Source of the DNA: Campylobacterota bacterium | GTDB taxonomy: Bacteria; Campylobacterota; Campylobacteria; Campylobacterales; Sulfurimonadaceae | DNA: 31,099 nt | Direction of reading: 5' to 3' | Assembly: GCA_034661055.1 (NCBI GenBank) | Contig: JAYEKO010000077.1 | Coordinates: forward strand, 1 to 31,099 | In this document: positions 10,083-19,960 of the stretch, one piece after another | How the letters are laid out: each line of letters opens with the position of its first letter | Position numbering within the stretch: position 1 is the stretch's first letter | Made by a program: the position numbers and the translations under genes | The notes under the pieces: model-generated | Databases searched by the model: none | Told to the model about the DNA's origin: nothing | Seen by the model: only the letters and a program-made list of their open reading frames with translations

Positions 10083-11300
10083 ATGCCTCTTTTACTACTT
10101 ATTCTCTTTCCTCTCTTACTTAACGCCGCCTATGTCGAACACTTTAAGTGGCCAAAGAATGAGAGCTTTTTAATCTTTTTAGAGAACAAGAACTTACCGC
10201 AATCCATCTACTATGAGATGGACAAGGAGGATCAAAAACTAGCAGAAGAGATTCGAGCCGGTTTTTCCTGTCAGATGCTACGTGATAACAATGGAACCAT
10301 TGAGCAGTTTATGGTCCCCATTAGTGAAGAGTTACAGTTACATGTAAAACGCGATAATGTCGGAAAATATTATGTTGAACCTACTCCAATCATATATGAT
10401 GTCAAACATCAGGCCTTTGCATTAGAGATACAAAACAACCCCTCAACCGATATTCAAAATGCAACGGGCTCCTACCGAGTCGCCAGTATTTTTATTAACG
10501 CGTTTAAAAAGTCACTCGACTTTACAGCCCTTCAAAAAGGTGACAAACTAGTTATGGTCTATGATCAGAAATACCGTTTTGGAAAGCCTTTTTCCATGCC
10601 CATACTTCAAGTGGCTATGATGGAGATACGGGGTAAATATAATTACATGTATTTAGGTCCAGATGAGAACTACTATAACGAAAAAGGCTCTCAAGTCGAT
10701 AGTTTTTTACTCGGTCACCCCATACCTGGAGCGCGGGTTAGTTCAAGATTTACAAAACGTCGTTTTCACCCTATTTTAAAACGTTGGCGTGCCCATCTAG
10801 GAATTGATTATGCCGCACGTCGAGGCACTCCAATTCGTTCAGCTGGCAATGGAAGAATTATCTCAGCTAGTTACTCACGAGGTTACGGTAAGGTTACTAA
10901 AATTCGTCATGCCGGTGGCTACACCACTCTCTATGCGCATCAGAAGTCTTTTAGAAGAGGGTTTAAAAAAGGCAAAAAGGTAAAAAAAGGTCAAGTCATC
11001 GGATATGTTGGCTCAACAGGGATGTCAACAGGGCCACATCTGCACTTTGGACTCTATAAAAATGGTCGTGCCATAAACCCTGCCAGAGTCATTCGTGTTA
11101 CTACTAAAAAACTCAGTGGAAAAAAACGTAAAAAGTTTTTGAAGATAAAGAAAAGTATGGATGCACTTGTCACCACACACCTAAAAAGTGCGACACAACC
11201 TACTCTATTTGTAGAGTTTGACAACTGTTACTATATTGATCCAAAAAGTTGTCAACCTATAAGCCTAGCAAAGGTGGAAGACTCAAATGAAACACTATAA
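10083..11300 (+). CDS. M23-family peptidoglycan DD-endopeptidase (Csd3/HdpA-like)
   Basis: Signal peptide, RFHPIL, HLGIDY, YAH and STGPHLHF. Confidence 0.92.
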   Translation: MPLLLLILFPLLLNAAYVEHFKWPKNESFLIFLENKNLPQSIYYEMDKEDQKLAEEIRAGFSCQMLRDNNGTIEQFMVPISEELQLHVKRDNVGKYYVEPTPIIYDVKHQAFALEIQNNPSTDIQNATGSYRVASIFINAFKKSLDFTALQKGDKLVMVYDQKYRFGKPFSMPILQVAMMEIRGKYNYMYLGPDENYYNEKGSQVDSFLLGHPIPGARVSSRFTKRRFHPILKRWRAHLGIDYAARRGTPIRSAGNGRIISASYSRGYGKVTKIRHAGGYTTLYAHQKSFRRGFKKGKKVKKGQVIGYVGSTGMSTGPHLHFGLYKNGRAINPARVIRVTTKKLSGKKRKKFLKIKKSMDALVTTHLKSATQPTLFVEFDNCYYIDPKSCQPISLAKVEDSNETL

Positions 11301-12633
11301 TGAACTAAAACACGCTTTTGATCTCTATTTAGAAGATAGAACCCAACATGCTCTGCATGAATCTGAGATTGCATATCTGCTTAAAAAAACTCGTAAAAAA
11401 GATAAAGAGAAGTTCTATAAATATCTTAACAAGATACCAAATGATATCTTAGGAGATGTCCTTTTAGAACTTCCTGAAAAAATTAAAGATGAGGCTATTG
11501 AATTTCTCCCATCAAACGAGCTTGCAGATGTTGTTGAAAACCTTGATTCAGATGATGCAACAGACCTTATCAATGATATTTATGATGTTGATGAGGACAA
11601 AAGAGAAGAGGTCTATGCACAGCTTGATGAAGAGGACCAAGAAGATATTGATAAACTTCGCTCCTATTCAGAAGACCAAGCTGGTGCTTGGATGCAGACC
11701 GAACTTTTTGAAGTCACTCTTAATGAGACTATTCAGACCTCCATTAACAGACTTAAGGAGTTAAAAGCAAGTGATGAACTTACTAATATTCATCAAGCTT
11801 TTATTGTTAATGATGATCATCGACTCATTGCTGCTATTGCGCTTGAAGACCTTATTCTTTTTGACTTTAATAAAAGTTACAAAGAGGTCATTACAACCAA
11901 AGAGCTTCGCTCTGTTGAAGCAACAGATGATATTGAAGATGTTGCCACCATATTTGAGCAGTTTGACCTCTCTGTACTACCTGTTATTGACTACCAAGCA
12001 AAACTTGTTGGTCGTATCACCTCTGATGATATCTATGATGTTATTGAAGAGCGTGCTACAGATCAGATCTATAATCTTGCCGGAGTTAGTGATGATGCTG
12101 AGCAAGAAGATGAACTCTTTGGCGTTTTTAAAAATCGTGCCGCATGGTTAAGCATTAATCTCATTACCGCTATAGCTGCAAGTATTGTAATTGCGCTATT
12201 TGATGAGACATTAGCAGCTTTTATTCCTCTAGCTATTTTAATGCCTATTGTCGCCTCAATGGGTGGTAATGCAGGAACACAGACACTTACAGTAATTGTA
12301 CGTCAGATGGCTCTAGGTGATATTGATCTTGAGCACTCCAAAGAGGTCCTTAAAAAAGAGATTTTAGTCTCTTTGCTTAATGGGTTGCTCTTCTCAGTTA
12401 TTATGGGTACTATTGCCTACCTCTGGTTTGGCATAAGCCAGCTAGGTGTTGTCATCGCCTTGGCTATGATAATCAACCTTCTTATTGCAGGTTTTTTTGG
12501 AGCAGCCATTCCACTACTTTTAAAACGACTCAATATCGACCCAGCCATCGGCTCAACAGTGCTCCTAACAACTGCGACTGATGTTTTTGGATTTTTAAGC
12601 TTTTTAGGTCTTGCTTCACTGATATTAATGTAA
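11287..12633 (+). CDS. mgtE: Magnesium transporter MgtE
   Basis: Acidic N-domain, CBS pair, SMGGNAGTQ, DPA..S..LTTATD. Confidence 0.96.
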   Translation: MKHYNELKHAFDLYLEDRTQHALHESEIAYLLKKTRKKDKEKFYKYLNKIPNDILGDVLLELPEKIKDEAIEFLPSNELADVVENLDSDDATDLINDIYDVDEDKREEVYAQLDEEDQEDIDKLRSYSEDQAGAWMQTELFEVTLNETIQTSINRLKELKASDELTNIHQAFIVNDDHRLIAAIALEDLILFDFNKSYKEVITTKELRSVEATDDIEDVATIFEQFDLSVLPVIDYQAKLVGRITSDDIYDVIEERATDQIYNLAGVSDDAEQEDELFGVFKNRAAWLSINLITAIAASIVIALFDETLAAFIPLAILMPIVASMGGNAGTQTLTVIVRQMALGDIDLEHSKEVLKKEILVSLLNGLLFSVIMGTIAYLWFGISQLGVVIALAMIINLLIAGFFGAAIPLLLKRLNIDPAIGSTVLLTTATDVFGFLSFLGLASLILM

Positions 12634-14646
12634 TTAAAATCTATATGTTGCATTTGCGTAGAGATAACGTCCCGGTTCGTTCATTAACATTACCTCTTTT
12701 GATGTACCATCGGTAATTAAGATCATGTCATTGTAGGTGTTAGTGATTGCATAAGTAGTATCAAAAATATTATCAACACCTAATGCTAAAGAGAAACCAG
12801 ATCCAAAGTCATGATCAACTTTAATGTTGGTTACTAAATATGAATCTAAGATTTGCTCACCATTTTCTGCATCAATATCATCCCATGACTGTGCTCCAAA
12901 CACTTCAAACATTGCACTTGAATTATCAGCATATTCATAAGTAAATGAGAAGTTTCCTTTTAAAGGTGGAATCTCTGCTAGGTTTGTCCCTGTCTGACCT
13001 TCTAATGGGCTATCTTTCTTACCACTTTGGTACGCTACACCAAAATCTACATACGCTTCATCAGTTACAAAGATAGAACCTGTTACATCAAATCCGTAAA
13101 TTGTTGCATCAACATTCTCATATCTATTTAACATCTTACTTGAGTTGTATGCAATATAATCATCAAGCATTGAGTAGAACACTTTTGTTCTAAATGTAAA
13201 ATGCTCATAGCGATTTTCCATTCCCAAATCGACCTCACGATTTGTTGTCTGATCTAAATCAGGGGTACCAATTACTTGACCAGGTTGAGCCATTGAAGAT
13301 TTAAAATATAGCTCTTTACCGTCTGGAACACGTGAAGACTGTCCAATACCACCAAAGAAACTTAAACTTGAACTTGCATCATAGGTAGCATAAACATTGG
13401 CACTAAGTGCATTATAGTCATTATCTTGTTCCGCTCCTGCTGTTGTAATTTCTGTATCGTCATAACGCATTCCAGCTGTAACACGCAAATCTTCATAATA
13501 TTTTTCTAGCTCTGCAAACAGTGCAATATTTTTAGTATCTACATCTTGAATGTTTGGTTTTCCTTGAGGCCCTTTACCAGTCTCACTCTGATACTCTCCA
13601 TCCCAGTTTCTTTTACTGGTATCGACTCCTACACGAAGCTCTATATCATCACTGATATCTGCCGTATTTTTGACACGAACACCACCAATACTACTCTCTA
13701 AATAACTTGTCACCGCACCTACTGCCGGGTTTGCCAAAGCACTTTTTCTGTAAAATGTTGACATTGGGTGCGCTACTTCTGAGTAGTATCCTAAAATACT
13801 AAGCTCTTTAGAATAATCACCTATATTGGTAATCTTATATTCAGCATTGTAAAGATCAGAGTCATCATAGATTGCATCCATCTTACTTGTTGGGTAAAGC
13901 ACATCATTACTACGATTTGCAGTATAACCAAACTTAAACTGCTGATCATCAGTAATGTCAATGAAGATCTTTCCTATGAATGATGTCTTATCATACGCTT
14001 CCATATCACTATATTTAGGCTGAAGTGCTGTTCCAGCAAGCGATGGATGATCTTTAATATAGTTGTCCATCTGCTGCGCAAAACTGTTTCCATCACCATC
14101 TTCATACTGGTCACTACTCTCTTTAGATGCGCCTAACATAATTCTAACATTCTCAGTTCCGGCACTAGCGGTTGCTGATATTTTTTTATAGCTCCAGCTT
14201 CCGACATTGACACTAACATCACCACTTAACTCTTGTGTCGGTTTTTTAGTCGTGACATATACCCCACCACTTAAAGTTCCAAAGTTCTCAACATCGTAAG
14301 GGCCCTCTATGATTTTAATTGTACTAATATTATTGGTTGCAATATGAGAAGTTGGCGGATCCATCCTATTTGGACAAGCTCCACACACTTTACCGCCATC
14401 TACAATAACATTTATATTATCTTTTTTCTGACCGCGTAAAATAATATCATTAGCGATACCACTACGACGCACTAAAGTAATATTTGGTATTTTTTTGCTT
14501 AACGCTTCAGCTACATCTGCAGATTTAACCTCTTCGCCACTAACATCTTCAATCACCGTTGCCTCAATATCAATAGCCTCCATTGTAACATCTGATGCAA
14601 GTAGCATACTTGAACAGATAACGGAAAGATAGAGTGCTTTTTTCAT
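12634..14646 (-). CDS. TonB-dependent receptor, OprC/NosA-like (probable copper uptake)
   Basis: Signal peptide, plug motif GACPNRMDPP (CxxxM), HPM (HxM) and C-terminal YRF. Confidence 0.85.
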   Translation of the reverse strand: MKKALYLSVICSSMLLASDVTMEAIDIEATVIEDVSGEEVKSADVAEALSKKIPNITLVRRSGIANDIILRGQKKDNINVIVDGGKVCGACPNRMDPPTSHIATNNISTIKIIEGPYDVENFGTLSGGVYVTTKKPTQELSGDVSVNVGSWSYKKISATASAGTENVRIMLGASKESSDQYEDGDGNSFAQQMDNYIKDHPSLAGTALQPKYSDMEAYDKTSFIGKIFIDITDDQQFKFGYTANRSNDVLYPTSKMDAIYDDSDLYNAEYKITNIGDYSKELSILGYYSEVAHPMSTFYRKSALANPAVGAVTSYLESSIGGVRVKNTADISDDIELRVGVDTSKRNWDGEYQSETGKGPQGKPNIQDVDTKNIALFAELEKYYEDLRVTAGMRYDDTEITTAGAEQDNDYNALSANVYATYDASSSLSFFGGIGQSSRVPDGKELYFKSSMAQPGQVIGTPDLDQTTNREVDLGMENRYEHFTFRTKVFYSMLDDYIAYNSSKMLNRYENVDATIYGFDVTGSIFVTDEAYVDFGVAYQSGKKDSPLEGQTGTNLAEIPPLKGNFSFTYEYADNSSAMFEVFGAQSWDDIDAENGEQILDSYLVTNIKVDHDFGSGFSLALGVDNIFDTTYAITNTYNDMILITDGTSKEVMLMNEPGRYLYANATYRF

Positions 14647-14675
14647 AGAATTTCCTTATAAAAATAATTATAAAG

Positions 14676-14706
14676 ACTATAAAGTTTAAATGTTACATAA
14701 GTGTTA
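14676..14706 (-). promoter_or_regulatory. Putative promoter of the copper receptor with tandem direct repeat
   Basis: Minus-strand TATAGT at 14676-14681. TGTTA direct repeat at 14691-14695 and 14702-14706 (11-bp period). Confidence 0.4.
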
Positions 14707-14757
14707 AATTTGGGAGATATAATAAAAATTATTCTATAAATGTATAATTAAGTGCCC

Positions 14758-15990
14758 TTAAGCACCCTTATGTTGATAGCTCTCTAATAAGCAGCTGTTA
14801 AGATCATTTTGTGAGAGACCAAGGTGAGCAATAATGGCAGTCACTTTATGGCTGTCATTCTGTTCAACTGCACTAATAAGTTGCAGTAGCTCTCCAAGTT
14901 GTCCACTTTTATCGACTAGTGCATTCTCAATGCTTTTATCTAGGTCAACCTCTTTGACAATGTCATCAAAGGCGCTCTGAAAAATCACTTCAGACATAGA
15001 GAGTAGTCCTATCATATATGCGGTGTGTATATTAGATTCACTCATTCTTACTTTACGTGCTAAAATCGTCATTAAAATAGCTCGATGTTGTGCATGAGAA
15101 CGAAGCTCTTTTGCAAACTCCTCTTGCCCTTCATCTGCACTACTTGCATGTATCATCAACTCTAGCCAGCTCTGAAGCTGAACTCTACCAATGACAATCA
15201 GTGCCTGCTCAATAGAAGCAATATCTTTCTGAGCAAAACCTTTATGCATATGAATAAATTTTAGAAGATTAAGTGTTAAATACGGGGATGTGTTAAAAAT
15301 ATTAATAATACGTTCCAATTTTGCATTGGACTCTAAAAGATAGATAATGAGCATTAAGAGTGAGCTCGGTGGCTCAATTTTATCTTTACCAAATAGTTCT
15401 GGTTTAGAGAAAAAATAACCCTGAAAAAGACCTATTCCCATCTCTGATGCACGCTTAAATTCAGCGGCATTCTCCACCTTTTCAGTAATAAGTTGCGCTC
15501 TAAAACTGCGCTCAACATCTATGGATGAAAAACGCTCTCTAAAAGCTTCAATATCACTTCCATAGAGCTTAACATAGGAGACTAAGTGCATCAACTCTTT
15601 AAAACTATGAATGTTGATTACATCTTTGTCATAGTGGTTTAGAGCAAAAATATATCCATCTTTTTTTAGGGTATCAATACGTTTTAAAAGTTCCTCATCA
15701 ATCACTGTTGTCTCTAAAATCTCTAAAATAAAATACGATGGCGAGATGGAGTAGATAATCTTATTCATCAATATTGCTTTGTCAACTTTAATAAATGCCA
15801 TTTTATCGCCAACAAGACTATGCAGACCAATATAGTTTAATGTATTGACCAAGAGTCGCGCTGTTGCGTAAAGATCATTATCTACCTCAGCACTATTAAT
15901 TTCGTCACGTCGATAAAAAAGTTCATAAGCAAAAACTTCGCCCTCAGTATTGACAATAGGCTGTTTTGCAATATATATTGATGATTCCAT
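14758..15990 (-). CDS. EAL + HDOD domain protein (YuxH/CdgJ-like)
   Basis: IAKQPI..AYELFYR, ILEILE, EKVE, FQGYFFSKP, then HDOD (IASIEQALIVIG, AYMIGLLS). Confidence 0.88.
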   Translation of the reverse strand: MESSIYIAKQPIVNTEGEVFAYELFYRRDEINSAEVDNDLYATARLLVNTLNYIGLHSLVGDKMAFIKVDKAILMNKIIYSISPSYFILEILETTVIDEELLKRIDTLKKDGYIFALNHYDKDVINIHSFKELMHLVSYVKLYGSDIEAFRERFSSIDVERSFRAQLITEKVENAAEFKRASEMGIGLFQGYFFSKPELFGKDKIEPPSSLLMLIIYLLESNAKLERIINIFNTSPYLTLNLLKFIHMHKGFAQKDIASIEQALIVIGRVQLQSWLELMIHASSADEGQEEFAKELRSHAQHRAILMTILARKVRMSESNIHTAYMIGLLSMSEVIFQSAFDDIVKEVDLDKSIENALVDKSGQLGELLQLISAVEQNDSHKVTAIIAHLGLSQNDLNSCLLESYQHKGA

Positions 15991-16026
15991 ACTGATGCCC
16001 TTAAGAAATAGTTTGAGTTATTGTAT

Positions 16027-17016
16027 CTAATTTTTATAAAATTGCATTGTAACGCAGTGTAAAGAGCCGTGCTGTCGAATTAAAACAGAGCAGTCTATGG
16101 GCACAATATTTCGCGTAGGAAATGATTTTTTAAAAATATTTATGGCTTTTTCATCATTAATATCATCATAGGTTGGTACCAATACGGCATCATTGAGCAT
16201 TAAAAAATTGGCATACGTTGCAGGAAGACGTTTTTTCTTATAGTATTTAGCCTCAACCATAGGTAGCGGTATTAAGTTGTATGCATCACCATTTTTACAT
16301 GTAAATTGTTGCAGCTCCTCTTTCATTTTTAACAGTGCATCAAAATGCTCATCACTCCTATCATCACACGAAACATACATGATGCTTTTTTCATTAATAA
16401 AACGTGCTAAAGTATCAATATGTGAATCAGTATCATCTCCACGTAAATAGCCGTGATGTAGCCATAGGACTCGTTCTATACCAAGCTCTTTTTTTAAAAT
16501 ATCTTCAATCTCTTGCTTTAAGACATAGCCATTTCTATTAAAATTCAACAGACATTCAGAGGTGCTTAAGAGTGCTCCTGCTCCATCACTCTCAATAGCA
16601 CCTCCCTCTAAGACAAAATCTACGGGATAGACGTTAGTAGCATAATGAGATGCCAGTGATGCGGTCATTGCATTATCGAGTTTAGCCTCAAACTTATTGC
16701 CCCAGCCATTAAAATTGAAATTCAGAATTTTTACCTCATCATCTTCAATAATTGAGATACCGCTACTGTCACGGGCCCAAGTGTCATCTGTATTACACTG
16801 CACAAATGTCAAGTTATAACAGTTTGAAAAATAGTCTCTGACTCGATTAACATCATCACACACCACCAAACATGGTTCAAAGCGCGAAATTGCCAAAATA
16901 AGATGAACGAACGTTTCACTCGCCTCATCTAAATAAGCACTCCAATCACTATTTTCATGCGGAAAAACTATCTGAATAAAACTCTGTTTTTCAAACTCTG
17001 CTAGCAGTCGTCTCAT
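16027..17016 (-). CDS. Agmatine deiminase / peptidylarginine deiminase family protein
   Basis: DTWARD, FNGWG, LEGGAIESDG, DDTDSHID, ATYANFL, GSLHCVTMQ. Confidence 0.93.
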   Translation of the reverse strand: MRRLLAEFEKQSFIQIVFPHENSDWSAYLDEASETFVHLILAISRFEPCLVVCDDVNRVRDYFSNCYNLTFVQCNTDDTWARDSSGISIIEDDEVKILNFNFNGWGNKFEAKLDNAMTASLASHYATNVYPVDFVLEGGAIESDGAGALLSTSECLLNFNRNGYVLKQEIEDILKKELGIERVLWLHHGYLRGDDTDSHIDTLARFINEKSIMYVSCDDRSDEHFDALLKMKEELQQFTCKNGDAYNLIPLPMVEAKYYKKKRLPATYANFLMLNDAVLVPTYDDINDEKAINIFKKSFPTRNIVPIDCSVLIRQHGSLHCVTMQFYKN

Positions 17017-17048
17017 TAAGTTCTTCTCCTTTGGCTATAATTTCATTT

Positions 17049-18050
17049 ATGGCATATATTACACTTAAACGCTCCGCACTATTTCACAATCTTGATATTA
17101 TTACACAAGAATGCGGTAGTAAAGATAAAATAGCACTGGTTTTAAAAGACAACGCCTATGGACATGGGCTTTTAGAGATAGCTAAACTTGCCTATGAATA
17201 TGGCATTACTAAAGCAGTAGTTCGAAATGTTAATGAGGCAGAACTTATCTCAGATTACTTTGAATACATCCTCATCTTAGCAGACATCACTCCTTGTAAA
17301 AATCCAAAGTTTTGTTACACCATTAACACGCTTGAAGACATTAAGAAAATACATGTAAATTGTAGAGTTGAACTTAAAATAGATAGCGGCATGCATCGCA
17401 GTGGTCTTAAAGAAGAGGAGTTGGCTGAGGCATTCAAGCAGATAAAAGAGCGTGGACTAAAACTTGAAGCTCTCTTTTCACATCATCGCAGTGCTGATAC
17501 ACTGAGTTCAGAATGGTTCTGGCAGAAAAAGAACTTTCAACGTATTAAAAACAGTGCTAGAAAACTTCATGATGACACGCTACGTTTTCATCTTAATAAC
17601 TCCGCAGCACTCTTTAGAGAAGGGACGTGTGAAGATGAGATGGTTCGTGTAGGAATTGCAGCATATGGATGTTTAGAGCTAGACAAGACCCTCAATAGAC
17701 CCAACCTGCAACCCGTTCTCTCGCTCTATGCTAAAAAACTGCTTCAGCGTAATTTACATGTAAATGAACGAATTGGTTACAATGGAACCTATTGTGCTAA
17801 AAACGAGCAGCAGATAGCGACTTATGACATTGGTTATGCAGACGGTTTTATGCGCTGTACATCTAAATATACTACGCCAAGTGGTGCAGAGGTCTTGGGA
17901 CGTATATCAATGGATAACACAAGCTTTTCTAGCATAGAAGATGATTTGCTTATTTTCAGTGATGCAAGAGAGTTGGCTAAAACAACATCAACCATCAGTT
18001 ATGAAGTTCTAACATCATTAAAACCTCATCTTAAACGAAAAATTATCTAA
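17049..18050 (+). CDS. alr: Alanine racemase
   Basis: PLP lysine motif VLKDNAYGHG, KIDSGMHRSG, VRVGIAAYG, IGYADG, GRISMD. ATG 17049 preferred over the track's TTG at 17031. Confidence 0.96.
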   Translation: MAYITLKRSALFHNLDIITQECGSKDKIALVLKDNAYGHGLLEIAKLAYEYGITKAVVRNVNEAELISDYFEYILILADITPCKNPKFCYTINTLEDIKKIHVNCRVELKIDSGMHRSGLKEEELAEAFKQIKERGLKLEALFSHHRSADTLSSEWFWQKKNFQRIKNSARKLHDDTLRFHLNNSAALFREGTCEDEMVRVGIAAYGCLELDKTLNRPNLQPVLSLYAKKLLQRNLHVNERIGYNGTYCAKNEQQIATYDIGYADGFMRCTSKYTTPSGAEVLGRISMDNTSFSSIEDDLLIFSDARELAKTTSTISYEVLTSLKPHLKRKII

Positions 18051-18439
18051 GAGTTTACATGTATAATGGCATTAGGAAAAATAACACCGTCAATTCCTTC
18101 ATATGCCATCACTTCAATCTCTTTTTTGTCTTCAATTTCTACTAATATTTTGGCATCAAATAGATAGTTCTCCGCAATCTTCTGTCCATTTTTTGCCAGA
18201 TCAGAACCTACAATGATGTAGGTAGCTCCTAAACTCTCAGCATAGATTAGCTCTTCAACATCAGCTACCTTTACAGCGTAGTTCAAGGAGTTTTTTTGCA
18301 TATGTTCAAACAGCTCTAAAGAGGCTTCATTAAACTCAGCATAGAGGGTTGAATTTGATGGAGTATGAAAAATCATATCAACATCTTCTACATGATAAAA
18401 ACGTTCTGATGCAATAAAAGGGTGACCAAAAAGTAACAT
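18047..18439 (-). CDS. Hypothetical protein (130 aa)
   Basis: Open frame in the rsmG transcription unit. ATG 18439 has a GGAGG RBS, so it is preferred over 18457. Confidence 0.75.
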   Translation of the reverse strand: MLLFGHPFIASERFYHVEDVDMIFHTPSNSTLYAEFNEASLELFEHMQKNSLNYAVKVADVEELIYAESLGATYIIVGSDLAKNGQKIAENYLFDAKILVEIEDKKEIEVMAYEGIDGVIFPNAIIHVNS

Positions 18440-18441
18440 AA

Positions 18442-18654
18442 TTACACCTCCATGCACTCTTTACTACAGAAAAACCTACTCTCTTTAATGAGTGCATCAC
18501 CAGCACTACAGTATGTTTTACATGTAAAACACTCTACCATCTCATCGCTATCTTTTAAATCTCTCTTTGAAGGTGAAAAATTCACCGACTTCTTCTTAAT
18601 AAAAAAGAAGTAAACTCCAGCGACTACTGCGGCTACCAATAACCATTTTAACAT
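18442..18654 (-). CDS. PP0621-family small membrane-anchored Cys-rich protein
   Basis: N-terminal TM helix, MVECxxCxTY and FCSKEC, with a GGAG RBS. Confidence 0.8.
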   Translation of the reverse strand: MLKWLLVAAVVAGVYFFFIKKKSVNFSPSKRDLKDSDEMVECFTCKTYCSAGDALIKESRFFCSKECMEV

Positions 18655-18664
18655 ACTCTCTCCA

Positions 18665-19240
18665 TTACATCTGAATTTTCAGATAGTGTCTATTTTTTGC
18701 TTTAATAATCTCATAATCTAAGGTCTCATCAACCTCATCAAAAACCTGCTCGCCTTTATAAAAGAGGATCTGTGTCCCTTTTTTTATGTGGGAGCTACTT
18801 AGTTTCAACAACATTGCCGTATCTGTCACAGCCCGTGAAGTGATTAGATCAAATGAACCCCTAGGTAACGCCTCAACACGACAACTTTTCACATGGACAT
18901 TATTGAGTTTTAGGTCTGCTTTAATAAACTGTAAAAAGCTAGCGCGTTTTTGTAGAGGCTCCACTAGTGTCACCTCTGTCTGTGGCAGTGCCATAGCTAA
19001 AATCAGGCCTGGAAAACCTGCCCCTGTTCCAATATCCATTATGGAGTCAATTGAGTCGATAAAACTTATAGGATAGATGGCATCATAAATAAAATCATCA
19101 ATAATCTCTTCACTTTTAGCACCCGTTAAGTTATGAATCTTATTCCATCTAAATAGGTGCTCTTTATAACGTGAAACATTCCTATAAAATGTATCATTTA
19201 AATCTATTTTATCACGTTGCAATTCTGCTCTAATGTCCAT
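18665..19240 (-). CDS. rsmG: 16S rRNA m7G527 methyltransferase
   Basis: [25 protein letters not shown]. Confidence 0.96.
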   Translation of the reverse strand: MDIRAELQRDKIDLNDTFYRNVSRYKEHLFRWNKIHNLTGAKSEEIIDDFIYDAIYPISFIDSIDSIMDIGTGAGFPGLILAMALPQTEVTLVEPLQKRASFLQFIKADLKLNNVHVKSCRVEALPRGSFDLITSRAVTDTAMLLKLSSSHIKKGTQILFYKGEQVFDEVDETLDYEIIKAKNRHYLKIQM

Positions 19241-19312
19241 TCATCTCTTCTGCTATTTTTTGAAATTATACCCAAGATTAACCATATCAATACACAAGAG
19301 CACCTCTAAATC

Positions 19313-19373
19313 GTCACAATTGTGACACATTTTTTCTAAATCTAGTTAAATTTAACTTTTAAATTGGTACAAT
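19313..19373 (+). promoter_or_regulatory. Promoter of the PAS-MCP genes with two palindromic operator candidates
   Basis: Perfect palindromes GTCACAATTGTGAC (19313-19326) and AGTTAAATTTAACT (19344-19357). Extended -10 TGgTACAAT at 19365-19373. Confidence 0.55.
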
Positions 19374-19402
19374 GCAACAACTTTTAAATCATAGGAGTTA
19401 TC

Positions 19403-19951
19403 ATGCCTGGAAGAAAACTTACCAAAAACGATCGGCCTAATAATATCTCAAATAGTCCCAAACATCTAGGAGATAACGATTTTATTGTCTCTAAAACTGA
19501 TACTAAAGGGGTTCTTACCTACTGTAATCAGATCTTTGTTGCATTAGCAGGCTACAGTGCCCAAGACCTTATTGGTTCAAACCATAATGTTATTCGCCAC
19601 CCTGATATGCCAAAGTTAGCTTTTAAAGTTGCGTGGAATCTTATTAAAGCGAAAAAAGAGTTTTTTGGCTTTGTCAAAAACTTGTCTTGCGATGGAGGAT
19701 ACTACTGGGTATTTGCAACTATTACCGCTGATTTAGACAGCAGAGGCAACATCGTTGGTTACACCTCAATACGTCGTAAACCGCCACAATCTGCCATCAA
19801 TACTATTGAACCTATTTACAAACAGCTTATTGATGCAGAGAGACATGGTGGTGTAGATGCTTCAGCAAAAGTCTTAAATGAGCTATTGGCAGAAAAAATG
19901 ATAAGTTATGATGAGTTTATCATCAATCTACAAAAAGATATGAAGGTATAG
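19403..19951 (+). CDS. Stand-alone Aer-type PAS sensor (CetB-like)
   Basis: IVSKTDTKG, NHNVIRHPDMP, GFVKNL..DGGYYWV, YTSIRRKP, with an AGGAG RBS. Confidence 0.9.
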   Translation: MPGRKLTKNDRPNNISNSPKHLGDNDFIVSKTDTKGVLTYCNQIFVALAGYSAQDLIGSNHNVIRHPDMPKLAFKVAWNLIKAKKEFFGFVKNLSCDGGYYWVFATITADLDSRGNIVGYTSIRRKPPQSAINTIEPIYKQLIDAERHGGVDASAKVLNELLAEKMISYDEFIINLQKDMKV

Positions 19952-19960
19952 GAGAGTATC

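Noticed and set aside
12628..12640. mgtE and the copper receptor end tail-to-tail with no spacer or terminator
   Set aside because: Common in compact Campylobacterota genomes, with no further signal.
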